This document shows positions 41,072 to 51,158 of a stretch of 64,000 bases of DNA, one piece after another; the first letter of the stretch is position 1, and each line of letters starts with the position of its first letter. The translations under genes and the position numbers were made by a program. The DNA comes from an uncultured Acidimicrobiia bacterium. Its GTDB lineage: Bacteria > Actinomycetota > Acidimicrobiia > Acidimicrobiales > AC-14. A model generated the notes under the pieces. It saw only the letters and a program-made list of their open reading frames with translations, ran no database searches and was not told where the DNA came from. Location: assembly GCA_963836205.1 (NCBI GenBank), contig CAWIIV010000015.1:384001-448000 (forward strand). The letters run 5' to 3'.

Positions 41072-41944
41072 GTGTCTCGGAGCCAGCTCGTCATCGCCCA
41101 GCTGTCCGACCTGCACTGCGGGTCGCCCTTCTTCGACGGCGAGCTGTTGGCCGACGCGGTCCGGGAGACGATCGCCCTCGACCCCGACCTGGTGGTGATC
41201 GGCGGCGACCTCACCCAGGAAGGCTACGCGGGCGAGTTCACCACCGCCCAGCACTTCCTCGAGCCCCTGTTCGAGCACGGCCTCACCGTGCTCGTGATCC
41301 CCGGCAACCACGACTCCAAGAACGTGGGCTACCTGCACTTCCGGGACACGTTCGGCGTGGGCGACGTGGCCGACAAGGGCGACCGGGTCCTCTCCCTCAC
41401 GCTTCCCGGGCGAAACGGACCTGGTTTTCTGAACTCAGGCCCGATGCGGGTTCGGGTGGTGGCCATCGACTCGTCCAAGCCCGATCTGGCCGAGGGTGAG
41501 GTCGGCCGGGAGCGCTACACCTGGATCCGTGACCAGTTCGCGGGGGAGGCGGACTTCAAGATCTTCGTCCTCCACCACCACCTGGTCCCCGTCCCCGGCA
41601 CCGGCCGGGAGCGCAACACGGTCTGGGACGCGGGCGACGTCCTGGCCCTGCTCACCGAGCTCAAGGTCGACCTGGTCCTGTCCGGGCACAAGCACGTCCC
41701 CCACGTGTGGCTCCTCGACCACGTGCTGATCGTGAACTCGGGCACCGTGTCGTCCCACCGGCTCCGGGGCTACACCCGGCCCTCGTACAACATCCTGGAG
41801 GTTTCGCCGGAGGAGGTCCGGGTCACCCTCAAGTACCCGGGAACCGGCGAGCGGTTGGCGGGCGTGCTCGACCGGGGACGGATGGCCCTGGAGTCGAGTG
41901 CGGAGCTGGCGGGCATGTTCGCCAAGGCCCAATGGAAGCCATAG
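41072..41944 (+). CDS. Calcineurin-like metallophosphoesterase
   Basis: 'SDLH', 'GDLT', 'PGNHD', 'HHH' and 'GHKH'. Confidence 0.92.
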   Translation: MSRSQLVIAQLSDLHCGSPFFDGELLADAVRETIALDPDLVVIGGDLTQEGYAGEFTTAQHFLEPLFEHGLTVLVIPGNHDSKNVGYLHFRDTFGVGDVADKGDRVLSLTLPGRNGPGFLNSGPMRVRVVAIDSSKPDLAEGEVGRERYTWIRDQFAGEADFKIFVLHHHLVPVPGTGRERNTVWDAGDVLALLTELKVDLVLSGHKHVPHVWLLDHVLIVNSGTVSSHRLRGYTRPSYNILEVSPEEVRVTLKYPGTGERLAGVLDRGRMALESSAELAGMFAKAQWKP

Positions 41945-41960
41945 GGAGGAGGCAGCCCTG

Positions 41961-42269
41961 ATGCCCGAGTGCCTCAGGTTGTTCCAGAGCGCGGTCGACC
42001 CCGACGAGGTGGTCGAGTTGCGGCGCTTGTTCCTCGACGACGTCCGGCCCGCCTTTGCCGTGGTACCCGGCTGCCTCGGGATCGAGCTGGCCGTGAGCGA
42101 CCACTCCAACGCCGGCGGCCTGGTCGACGTCGACGCCATCTCCCGCTGGTCGTCGGCCGACGAGATGGACGCCGGCATCGCCTCCCGACCGATCCAGGAG
42201 GCGGTCGTGCGCTTCCGCTCCCTGCTGCGCCAGGAGCCAGTGGCCAAGGTGCTCAAAGTCCTGGCGTGA
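41961..42269 (+). CDS. ABM-like dimeric alpha/beta barrel protein
   Basis: Strong RBS (GGAGG); 'VPGCLGIEL...ISRWSS' pattern. Confidence 0.6.
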   Translation: MPECLRLFQSAVDPDEVVELRRLFLDDVRPAFAVVPGCLGIELAVSDHSNAGGLVDVDAISRWSSADEMDAGIASRPIQEAVVRFRSLLRQEPVAKVLKVLA

Positions 42270-42856
42270 CCGGTCCCCTTTCCATCGGGCCGCTGGCCGT
42301 GCTCCTGCCGGTGAAGTCGTTCGACGAGGCCAAGCGCCGGCTCGCGCCCGCACTCGGCCCGGCCGAGCGGGCCCGGCTGGCCCGAGCCATGGCCACGTCG
42401 GTGGTGGCGTCGGCCGCTCCCCTTCCTACCGCGGTGGTATGCGACGACGCCGACGTGGCCGCGTGGGCCCGCGACCTCGGCGCGCTGGTGGTCTGGGAGC
42501 CGGAGCGGGGTCTCAACCGGGCCGTCGAGGCCGGGGTCGAACGGCTCGGGACGGCGGGTGCCCGGCGGGTGATCGTCGCCCATGCCGACCTGCCCCTGGC
42601 TCGGGATCTCGTGTGGGTGGGCCGCTTCGCCGGCGTGACCCTCGTCCCCGACCGCAGTGGCGGCGGCACCAACGCCATCTGCGTCCCCACCGGGGCCGGC
42701 TTCACCTTCTCCTACGGTCCGGGCTCGTTCGCCCGCCACGGCGCCGAGGCCCACCGGCTCGGGCTGGCCCTGCGGGTGGTGCGGGAGCCTTCCTTGGCTG
42801 CGGATGTCGACGTGCCCGCCGACCTCGGCTTCGCCACGGCCGGGCTGGCGACGTGA
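42266..42856 (+). CDS. cofC: 2-phospho-L-lactate/PEP guanylyltransferase (F420 biosynthesis)
   Basis: 'PVKSFDEAKRRL', 'GLN', 'ADLP', 'PDRSGGGTNA', 'YGPGSFARH' and 'DVDVPADL'. Confidence 0.92.
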   Translation: MTGPLSIGPLAVLLPVKSFDEAKRRLAPALGPAERARLARAMATSVVASAAPLPTAVVCDDADVAAWARDLGALVVWEPERGLNRAVEAGVERLGTAGARRVIVAHADLPLARDLVWVGRFAGVTLVPDRSGGGTNAICVPTGAGFTFSYGPGSFARHGAEAHRLGLALRVVREPSLAADVDVPADLGFATAGLAT

Positions 42857-43579
42857 CCGTCAACCTCAACCCGCCCGCGCGGGCGCTGGCCATCGGCGCC
42901 CACCCCGACGACGTCGAGTTCGGTGCCGGCGGCACCCTGGCCAAGTGGGCGGCGGCCGGCTGCGAGATCTCCCACCTGGTCTGCACCGACGGGTCGAAGG
43001 GTTCGTGGGACCCGGCCGACGACGTGGCCGCCCTCGTCGCCACCCGTCAGGAGGAGCAACGAGCCGCTTCCCGGGCGCTGGGCGGGATCGGGTCGGTGAT
43101 CTTCCTCGGGTGGCGCGACGGCGAGTTGGAGTCGGGGCTGCGCCAACGGTGGGAGGTCTGCTACTGGATCCGGCGGCTGCGCCCGGACGTCGTGCTCGGC
43201 CACGACCCGTGGAAGCGCTACCGGCTCCACCCCGACCACCGCCACGCCGGGTACCTGGCCGTAGAGGGCATCGTCGCCGCCCGCGACCCCCATTTTTTCC
43301 CGGAGCAGAAGGTCGACCATCACCGGCCGTCGGCGTTGCTCCTGTGGGAGGCCGACGAGCCCGACCACACGGAGGACGTCTTCGGCTATCCTCGACGCCA
43401 AGGTGGCCGCCCTGCTGGAGCACCGCAGCCAGTTCCGGTCGACGATGCACATCGACGACCCGTCGTCGGAGGAGCAGGTCGAGGCATTCCGGGGCCTCGT
43501 GCGGGAACGGGCCAACGAGGCCGGCCGCGACCACGCCTTCCGCTACGCGGAACGGTTCAAGATCATCACCAAGCTCTGA
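42853..43579 (+). CDS. PIG-L family deacetylase (frameshift near 43390)
   Basis: 'AHPDDVEF', 'TDGSKG', 'HPDH', then 'KVAALLEHRSQ' in the next frame. Confidence 0.88.
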
Positions 43580-43623
43580 CCGACGACGCCGGCCGGCCCC
43601 CGGCTCCATGGGCATTCCTCGCC

Positions 43624-44771
43624 TCACCACCCCGGCTCCGCTCTCGGTGGTGACGTGGCCCGGACCATGCCGTTGGGGTCGGTGACCTCGAAGGTGGCGT
43701 CGGGCAGGAGCTTGGCCTGCCAGTCGGGCTGGTGGAGGCGGTGGTGATGGCGGCTGCACAGCAGGACGAGGTTGTCGATCTCGGTCGGCCCGCCGTGGGT
43801 GACCCAGCGCACGTGGTGGGCCTCGCACCACGACGAGGGACGATCACAGCCCGGGAAGCGGCATCCCTCGTCCCGGATGACCAGTGCGCTCCACAGGGTG
43901 ACGGGGATGGTCCTCGTCGACGTGCCGTAGTCGAGGATGGCCGAGCGGCCCCTGGTCAGGACCCGGTGCAGCGCCGGAGTCGCACAACATCGTCGACAGG
44001 GTCGGCCCGTCGAGTCCGGGACCGCCGATGACCCGTCCGCCCCGGCCCTCCTGGAGGGCGTCGAGGTCGACGACCACGTTGAGATGGGGACGGTGGCGAC
44101 CTGCGGGGATGGACTGCTGGTGGTCGAGGAAGAACCGGCTCACGGCCACGAGGGCCTCGGCCCGGCGCTGGGCCGGGCTGAGCCCGGGATCGTCCACCGT
44201 GGCCAGGCGCAGGGCGGTGGCCACCACGGCCCCGCCCTCGGCGTCGAGATGGCCCTCGATGACGTGGCGGCCGTCCAACGTCGCCGACAGGTGCAGGCTG
44301 CGCTCGGGCTCGGCTGAGTCCTTGGCTTCCTCGACCTGTTCCTTCCAGGCGGCCATGGCCCGGGCACAGCCGGCCAGGGTCAACGGAGCCAGGTAGGGAA
44401 CCAGCTCGGACTCGGCCTCGGCGAAGGCGTCGATGGTGGCGTCGTCGAGCTTGGCCACGATCACCTCGACCTGGCCCTTGGCCAGTGTCCCGTTGCGCGA
44501 AGGCGGCGGCGCAGACCGGGAGCTTCCGCAGCCGGCCGGCGAGCGATACCAGGCCATGAGCCGACCTCGAGGTCATGGAGGCCTTGTCCCGCAGCCAGGC
44601 CGTCATCGACGTGGCCCCGTCCAGGTCCCACAAACCGGCGGCGTCGAAGTCGCCCACGGCCTCGGCGATGCGGGCGTCGAGGCGATCCCGCAGGGCCAGC
44701 AGCTTCGCCAACGCACCACCCTCGGTCGGCACCCGCAGCTTCTCGATCGCCTCGGCCAGGTCCTCCAGCAC
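43624..44771 (-). CDS. DUF222 domain / HNH endonuclease (13E12-repeat-like), multiple frameshifts
   Basis: 'WDLDGATSMTAWL', 'AQRRAEAL', 'RPHLNVVVD', and the HNH end 'HHVRWVTHGGPTEIDNLVLLCSRHHHRLH'. Confidence 0.85.
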
Positions 44772-44807
44772 GGTCCCAATCGTACTAGTGTTCGATCGAT
44801 GATGCAA
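44772..44807 (-). promoter_or_regulatory. Leaderless sigma70-type promoter with an overlapping LexA box
   Basis: TTGCAT-N17-TACGAT, 7 nt before the GTG; TCGAAC-ACTA-GTACGA at 44780-44795. Confidence 0.75.
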
Positions 44808-44961
44808 GACACTCAGGCAATATTATGGGCGTCGGGCTCCTATGCGTTGAGCCCAAAGAGTAGGAGCCCCTAGAAGGGCAAACGCCTAGCCGTCACGGAC
44901 CACGCCTTCGTGAGCCGCCGGGTATGAACGACGAGCCGGCACCGGCGGCCTCGCGGGGGTT

Positions 44962-45165
44962 GGACTGGTCGAGGGCGGACTGGTCGGGGGCGGACTGGTC
45001 GGGGGCGGACTGGTCGGCGGGCTGGTCGGGGGCGGACTGGTCGGGGCCGGACTGGTCGGGGCCGGACTGGTCGGGGCCGGCCGGGTCGGGGCCGGCCGGG
45101 TCGGGGCCGGCCGGGTCGGGGGCGGCCGGGTCGGGGCCGGCCGGGTCGGGGCGGACTGGTCGGGG
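44962..45165. repeat. 15-bp tandem repeat array (GGACTGGTCGGGGGC / GGCCGGGTCGGGGCC), about 14 units
   Basis: Seen directly; unit variants are arranged in blocks. Confidence 0.88.
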
Positions 45166-45531
45166 TTATCTGGCCGGGGGCTAGTCCGGGCTCGGTCCGG
45201 GGGGCGGGTCGAGGGCCCGGTCGGAGGTCCTCGAGGGTCTCTCGGGGCTGGTCTCTCGCGGCGACCTGGTCTCATCCTGGCCGTCTGATCTCGCGGCCGC
45301 GGCATTCGGCGACCGCGTCGTGGCTGGTGGACGGGCGGGAGCGGACGGGCTCCGAAGGGGCGAGCCGCCCCGGCCAGGGCCGTCACCTGGGTGCGATCTG
45401 ATGGCTGGCGCCGATGGCCGGAGCCGCATCGCCCGGGAAGGCCGCGGCGGCAGGTGGCCGGCGCCCGGCCCCGCGTTCTCGGCCCATGTGGCCCGGACCG
45501 GCGTCCACGCCCAATTCCCCGCCGCCCCGCC

Positions 45532-46354
45532 TTACCCCTTGGGCAGCCCTCCCGGGTCGGGCGCACCCACCCCGCACGCGCATGCCCGTTCGACCGGAAC
45601 ATTCGGCACCGCGCGCGCCAACGTCGCCTGCACCTTCTCGATGTTCGCGGCCAGCACCTTGAACACGATCTCGATCGTCACCGGTTCGATCCCGGCGACA
45701 CCCTCGAGCCCGGCGTCGTAGTCCGTAACCAGCGCCACTCCCGAGTAGCACATTCCCAACTCTCGGGCCAGGATCGCCTCGGGGTATTGGGTCATGTTGA
45801 CGACCTCCCACCCGGCCGATCCGAACCAGCGCGATTCCGCCCGCGTCGAGAAACGCGGCCCTTGAATAACCACCACCGTCCCCGTCTCGTGGACCACGAC
45901 CCCCTCCGCCCGGGCCGCCGCGATCACCGCCTGTCGCAGCTCCGGGCAGTAAGGGTCGGCGAAGGAGACATGTGCGAGCGTGGGGCCGTCGAAGAACGTG
46001 TCCGCCCGGCCGCTCGTGCGGTCGACGAGTTGGTCGACCACCACGAACTCCCCCGGCTTCACGTGGGGTTGCAGCGAGCCCACCGAGCACGGGGCCAGGA
46101 CCCGCCGCACCCCGAGCCGCCGCAACGCCCACAGGTTGGCCCGGAAATTGACCTTGTGGGGTGGGAACTCGTGGTCGACCCCGTGCCGGGCCAGGAAAGC
46201 GACGTGCCGGCCGCCCAGCTCGCCCACCGCGACCTTGGCCGACGGCGGTCCGAACGGGCGTGGCGACGGCCACTTCCCGCAGGTTGTCGAGAAAGCGGTA
46301 GAAACCGGTGCCGCCGAAGATCCCGATCTCGGCCGCCGGGAGCGCCACCGCCAC
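45532..46354 (-). CDS. mtnP: S-methyl-5'-thioadenosine phosphorylase (frameshift near 46255)
   Basis: 'IGIFGGTG', 'ARHG', 'QGPRFSTRAES', 'MTQYPE' and 'VTDYD'. Confidence 0.9.
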
Positions 46355-46362
46355 CGAGGTGA

Positions 46363-46863
46363 CTACGCGGAGCGGGCGGTGTCCTTGGACCCGCCGGTGT
46401 CGCCCGACCCCGACCCCGACGACTTGTCCGACCCCTTCGAATCCCCGGACGACCTCGAATCCCCGGACGACCTCGAATCCCCGGACGACCTCGAATCCCC
46501 GGACGACCTCGAATCCCCGGACGACTTGGAGTCGCCACCGTTGGAGTCGCCGCCCTTGGAGTCGCCACCCTTGGAATCCTTCGAGTCCCCGCCCGAAGAG
46601 CCCGACTCGGACGACTTGCCGTCGGCGGAGACCGGCTCCCGGTCCTTGTCGCGCTCGGCCGGGCGGGTGCCGTCGGGCCGGTAGGGGCTCCGATGGTCGG
46701 TGCGGTAGAAGCCGGGGCCGCGCAGGACGATGCCCGGGCTGGAGAACACCTTGCGCAGCACGCCGCCGCACGTGGAGCACTCGGTGAGGGGGTCGTCCTT
46801 GAACGACTGCTTCACTTCGGTGCGCTCGCCGCACGACTTGCAGGCGTATTCGTACTTGGGCAT
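46363..46863 (-). CDS. FmdB-family zinc-ribbon protein with a Ser/Gly repeat tail
   Basis: 'MPKYEYACKSCG...CSTCGG...GPGFYRTD'; 18-bp SSGDSR repeats at about 46437-46525. Confidence 0.9.
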   Translation of the reverse strand: MPKYEYACKSCGERTEVKQSFKDDPLTECSTCGGVLRKVFSSPGIVLRGPGFYRTDHRSPYRPDGTRPAERDKDREPVSADGKSSESGSSGGDSKDSKGGDSKGGDSNGGDSKSSGDSRSSGDSRSSGDSRSSGDSRSSGDSKGSDKSSGSGSGDTGGSKDTARSA

Positions 46864-46964
46864 TCAGATCCTCAGACGGCGGGCGCTAGCAGTCGACACG
46901 GTGGAGTGCCAGCCAGCATACGCCACCCCTTGCCGTATGGCGGGGGAGGTCCCCCTCTACGATT

Positions 46965-48035
46965 GTGTCGGTGGACGACCTGGCCTCGCGAGTCCGCGAG
47001 CTCGAGGGGATGCGGGACGCCTTTCTCGACGCCCTCGCCCGCCTGGGCGACGCCATGGCGTCCACCCACGACCGCAGCGTCCTCATCGCCGCCCTCCTCC
47101 GGGTGACGGCCTCGTACCTGGACGCGCCGGCCGCCGTCTTCTACGTGTCCGTCGCCGGTAGCGAGCGGCTGCGGGCGATCGACAAGGTCGGAATCGACGA
47201 CGACGTACCCGACCTCGGCCCGGGCGAGGGCATCGCCGGCCGCTCCGCCCGCACCCGCCAGGTAACGGTGTGGCCGCCGGACGACCTCGTCGAGCCAGGA
47301 GACGCCCGCCCGTCCGAGTCCGAGCCGGCCGGCGACGCGACGACGGCCCTTGGCGTTCCGGTGCGCTCGGGCAACAACCCCTTCGGCGTCCTGGCCTACT
47401 ACGGACGGAACAAGGGCCGTCCCTACGACAGCGACGACGTGGCCATGCTCAGCGCCATCGTCCGCCAGGCCGAGATCGCCATCGACAGCAGCTTCCTGTA
47501 CGACGAGGCCACCCGCCTGTCGCTCACCGACGGCCTGACCGGGCTGTGGAACCGTCGCCACCTGGCCCTGCGCATCGAGGCCGAGCTGTCGCGGGCCGTC
47601 CGGTTCGGCGAGCCCTTCTCCGTCCTCTACCTCGACCTCGACGGGTTCAAGCCGGTGAACGACACCCTCGGCCACCAGGCGGGCGACACCGTCCTCATCG
47701 AGACCGCCCGCCGCCTCACCGACGCCACCCGCGAGGTCGACATCGTGGCCCGGCCGGGGGGCGACGAGTTCACCCTCCTGCTGCCCCGGACGGGGCTGGC
47801 CGGTGCCCTCCGCCTGGCCGACAAGATCCGCACCGCCGTCGGCGGCCGCCCCTTCGACCTCGACGGCAACCCGGTGGAGGTATCGGTCTCGGTAGGTGTG
47901 GCCGCCTACCCTGAACACGGGTCGTCGGGAAAGGAGCTCCTGGCGGCAGCCGACCGGGCCCTCTACCGGGCGAAGGCCGGCGGAAGGAACCGGGTGGAAC
48001 ACGCCCACGGCGACGTGACGGGAGGTCTCGCGTGA
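46965..48035 (+). CDS. GAF-GGDEF diguanylate cyclase
   Basis: 'DGLTGLWNRR', 'DLDGFKPVND' and 'REVD..ARPGGDEF'. Confidence 0.93.
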   Translation: MSVDDLASRVRELEGMRDAFLDALARLGDAMASTHDRSVLIAALLRVTASYLDAPAAVFYVSVAGSERLRAIDKVGIDDDVPDLGPGEGIAGRSARTRQVTVWPPDDLVEPGDARPSESEPAGDATTALGVPVRSGNNPFGVLAYYGRNKGRPYDSDDVAMLSAIVRQAEIAIDSSFLYDEATRLSLTDGLTGLWNRRHLALRIEAELSRAVRFGEPFSVLYLDLDGFKPVNDTLGHQAGDTVLIETARRLTDATREVDIVARPGGDEFTLLLPRTGLAGALRLADKIRTAVGGRPFDLDGNPVEVSVSVGVAAYPEHGSSGKELLAAADRALYRAKAGGRNRVEHAHGDVTGGLA

Positions 48036-48916
48036 AGAAAGGGGTTCGGAAGGCGGTCATCCCCGCCGCAGGCCTCGGCACCCGCTTCCTGCCCGCCACC
48101 AAGGCCCAGCCCAAGGAGATGCTGCCGGTCGTCGACAAGCCGGCCATCCAGCACGTGGTCGAGGAGGCGGTGCGGGCCGGGATCCGCGACATCCTCATCA
48201 TCACCGGCCGGGGCAAGCGCTCGGTGGAGGACCACTTCGACCGGTCCTTCGAGCTTGAGCACTACCTGGAGAAGGCGGGCAAGTTCGACCAGCTCAAGCA
48301 GATGCAAGAGATCGCGGAGATGGCCGACATCCACTACGTCCGCCAGGGGGAGCCCCTCGGACTGGGTCACGCGGTGTCGGTGGCCCGCCAGCACGTCGGC
48401 GACGAGCCCTTCGTGGTCCTCCTGGGCGACGACATCATGACCGAGACGTCGCCCGTCCTGCAGGAGATGCTCGAAGTCCACGAGCACTACGGGCGCTCGG
48501 TGCTGGCCCTCAAGGAGTTCCCCCGCCAGGACATCTCCGCCTACGGGTGCGTCCTGCCGGAGGCGGTCGACGACACGCTGGTCCGCATCCTCGGCATCGT
48601 CGAGAAGCCGCGGCCGGAGGACGCCCCGTCGAACTTGGCCGTCATGGGCCGCTACATCTTCACGCCGGAGATCTTCGACGCGCTCGAGCGCACGCAACCG
48701 GGGGCCAACGGCGAGATCCAGCTCACCGACGCCGTCGCCATCCTCCTCAAGGAGCAGACGGTGTACGGCTTCCTGTTCGAGGAAGGCCGCTTCGACATCG
48801 GCGACAAGCTCGATTACCTGCGGGCAACCGTCGAGCTCGCCATCGACCGGCCCGACCTCGGACCCGAGTTCCGCACCTTCCTGGCTCAGCTCGTCCAGCG
48901 GAAGAGACTCGTCTGA
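48032..48916 (+). CDS. galU: UTP-glucose-1-phosphate uridylyltransferase
   Basis: 'KAVIPAAGLGTRFLPATKAQPKEMLPVVDKP' and 'GEIQLTDA'. Confidence 0.97.
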   Translation: MKKGVRKAVIPAAGLGTRFLPATKAQPKEMLPVVDKPAIQHVVEEAVRAGIRDILIITGRGKRSVEDHFDRSFELEHYLEKAGKFDQLKQMQEIAEMADIHYVRQGEPLGLGHAVSVARQHVGDEPFVVLLGDDIMTETSPVLQEMLEVHEHYGRSVLALKEFPRQDISAYGCVLPEAVDDTLVRILGIVEKPRPEDAPSNLAVMGRYIFTPEIFDALERTQPGANGEIQLTDAVAILLKEQTVYGFLFEEGRFDIGDKLDYLRATVELAIDRPDLGPEFRTFLAQLVQRKRLV

Positions 48917-48917
48917 A

Positions 48918-50141
48918 GTGATTCCCCTCGAGGACGCCCGGGCCCGGGTCCTCGCCGCCTGCACACCCCTGCCGCCCCGGTCGGTGTCGCTGGCCGACGC
49001 CCTCGGACGGGTACTCGCCGACCGGGTCGTGTCCGACATCGACGTGCCGCCCTTCGCCAACACGGCGATGGACGGCTTCGCGGTGCGGGCGGCGGATACC
49101 GCGGACGCGCCGGTGGCCCTGGCCGTGGTCGGCACCCTGGCCGCCGGCGGCGACCCGGCCGGCATCACTGTCGGACCGGGGCAGGCGGTCCGCATCATGA
49201 CGGGGGCGCCCATGCCCGAGGGCGCCGACGCGATCGTGATGGTCGAGCGCACGGCGACCGCGGGCGACACGGTGACGGTGGAAGTAGCGGCCAACCCCGG
49301 CGACCACGTCCGGGCCGCGGGCGACGACTTGCAACGGGGACAGGAGGTCTTCGACGCCGGCACCCTGCTCACGCCCGGCCACCTCGGGGTCCTGGCCAGC
49401 CTGGGACTGGCGGACGTGACCGTCTTCCCCGCAGCCCGGGTGGGGGTGCTGTCCACCGGCGACGAGCTGGTCGAAGGGGACGCGCCCCTGCGCCCGGGTC
49501 AGATCCGGGACTCCAACCGGCCCACCCTGTTGGCCATGGTGCGGGAGGCAGGCTGCGAGGCGGTCGACCTCGGGACGGCCCGGGACGACGAGGACGCCAT
49601 CCGGTCGAAGCTGGAGGAAGGCCTGGCCATCTGCGACGCGGTGGTCACCTCGGGCGGGGTGAGCGTGGGCGACTTCGACTACGTGAAGGTCGTGCTCGAC
49701 AAGATCGGGCGCATGGACTGGTGGCAGGTGGCAATCCGCCCGGCCAAGCCGTTCGCCTTCGGGGTGGCCGGTCCCCGGGAGACCCCCGTGTTCGGCCTCC
49801 CGGGCAACCCGGTGTCGTCGATGGTCTCGTTCGAGCTGTTCGTCCGGCCCGGGCTGCGGCGGATGATGGGCCACCCGCCCGAGCGCCTGCTGCGGCCGAC
49901 GGTGCCCGCCGTTGCCGACGAAGCCCTCCCCCGGCGGCCCGACGGCAAGCTCCACCTCGATCGGGTGGTCGCCGTGAACGGCACCGACGGCCGCATTCAC
50001 GTGCGCCGGTCGGGCGGCCAGGCGTCCCACCTGCTGCGGGCCATGGCCCTGGCCAACGCGTTGGCCCTCGTCCCCGACGGCGACGGCGTGCCCGCCGGCG
50101 GTACGGTCGACGTGATGGTCCTCGGTACAGTCGAGGGGTGA
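48918..50141 (+). CDS. moeA: Molybdopterin molybdotransferase MoeA / gephyrin-like Glp
   Basis: 'AMDGFAV', 'IMTGA', 'STGDEL', 'SGGVSVGDFD' and 'LPGNPVS'. Confidence 0.95.
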   Translation: MIPLEDARARVLAACTPLPPRSVSLADALGRVLADRVVSDIDVPPFANTAMDGFAVRAADTADAPVALAVVGTLAAGGDPAGITVGPGQAVRIMTGAPMPEGADAIVMVERTATAGDTVTVEVAANPGDHVRAAGDDLQRGQEVFDAGTLLTPGHLGVLASLGLADVTVFPAARVGVLSTGDELVEGDAPLRPGQIRDSNRPTLLAMVREAGCEAVDLGTARDDEDAIRSKLEEGLAICDAVVTSGGVSVGDFDYVKVVLDKIGRMDWWQVAIRPAKPFAFGVAGPRETPVFGLPGNPVSSMVSFELFVRPGLRRMMGHPPERLLRPTVPAVADEALPRRPDGKLHLDRVVAVNGTDGRIHVRRSGGQASHLLRAMALANALALVPDGDGVPAGGTVDVMVLGTVEG

Positions 50142-51133
50142 CCTCTCCGCCGGTCCCGCTGGTCGACCCGTTCGACCGCGTGGTGCGCGATTTGCGCATT
50201 TCGGTCACCGACCGTTGCAACTTCCGGTGCAGCTACTGCATGCCCGAGGAGGGGCTGGACTGGGTGCCCCGCGGCGAGATCCTCACCTTCGAGGAGATCG
50301 AGCGGGTAGCGAGGCTGTGCGTGGAGCGATGGGGCTTCACCGGGATCCGCCTCACCGGCGGCGAGCCCACGGTGCGGGCCGGCCTGCCGACGCTGGTGGC
50401 CAAGCTGGCCGCCCTGGGCGTCGACCTGTCCCTCACCACCAACGGGGCCAGCCTGCGCCTGCTGGCCCACAACCTTGCCGCCGCCGGCCTCCAGCGCATC
50501 AACATCTCGTGCGACTCCCTGCGGGCCGACCGCTTCCGGGCCATCACCCACCGCGACGCCCTCCACCAGGTGCTCGACGGCATCGACGCCGCCCTCGATG
50601 CCGGATTCTCCCCCGTCAAGGTCAACGCCGTCCTCATGCGGGGGGTCAACGACGACGAGGTGGTCGATTTCGCCACCTTCGGCCGGGAGAGGGGCGTCGT
50701 CGTCCGCTTCATCGAGTTCATGCCCCTCGACGCCGACGGCGCCTGGACCGGCGACCAGGTCGTCTCCGCCACCGAGATCCTGGCCGCCATCGGGGCCGTC
50801 TACCCCCTGGAGCCGGTGGCCCAGCGGGGCTCGCAGCCGGCCGAGCGGTTCGTGTACGCCGACGGTGGCGGCGAGATCGGCGTCGTCCCCAGCGTCACCC
50901 GCAGCTTCTGCGGTTCGTGCGACCGGGTCCGGCTGACGGCGGAGGGGATGTTCCGCAACTGCCTGTTCGCCACCCGGGAGACCGATCTGCGGTCCCTGCT
51001 GCGGGGCGGGGCGTCCGACGACGACCTGGCCGCAGCCATCGAGGCCGACGTCGGCCAGAAGTGGGCGGGCCACTCCATCGGACAGGTCCGCTTCGTGCGA
51101 CCGGCTCGCAGCATGAGCCAGATCGGCGGCTGA
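50138..51133 (+). CDS. moaA: GTP 3',8-cyclase
   Basis: 'RISVTDRCNFRCSYCM', 'FCGSCDRVR..C' and C-terminal 'MSQIGG'. Confidence 0.97.
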   Translation: MTSPPVPLVDPFDRVVRDLRISVTDRCNFRCSYCMPEEGLDWVPRGEILTFEEIERVARLCVERWGFTGIRLTGGEPTVRAGLPTLVAKLAALGVDLSLTTNGASLRLLAHNLAAAGLQRINISCDSLRADRFRAITHRDALHQVLDGIDAALDAGFSPVKVNAVLMRGVNDDEVVDFATFGRERGVVVRFIEFMPLDADGAWTGDQVVSATEILAAIGAVYPLEPVAQRGSQPAERFVYADGGGEIGVVPSVTRSFCGSCDRVRLTAEGMFRNCLFATRETDLRSLLRGGASDDDLAAAIEADVGQKWAGHSIGQVRFVRPARSMSQIGG

Positions 51134-51158
51134 GCGGGAGGTCGGTAGACTCCTGCCC

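Noticed and set aside
46437-46525. 18-bp repeat as an independent element
   Set aside because: It encodes the low-complexity Ser/Gly tail commonly found on FmdB proteins.
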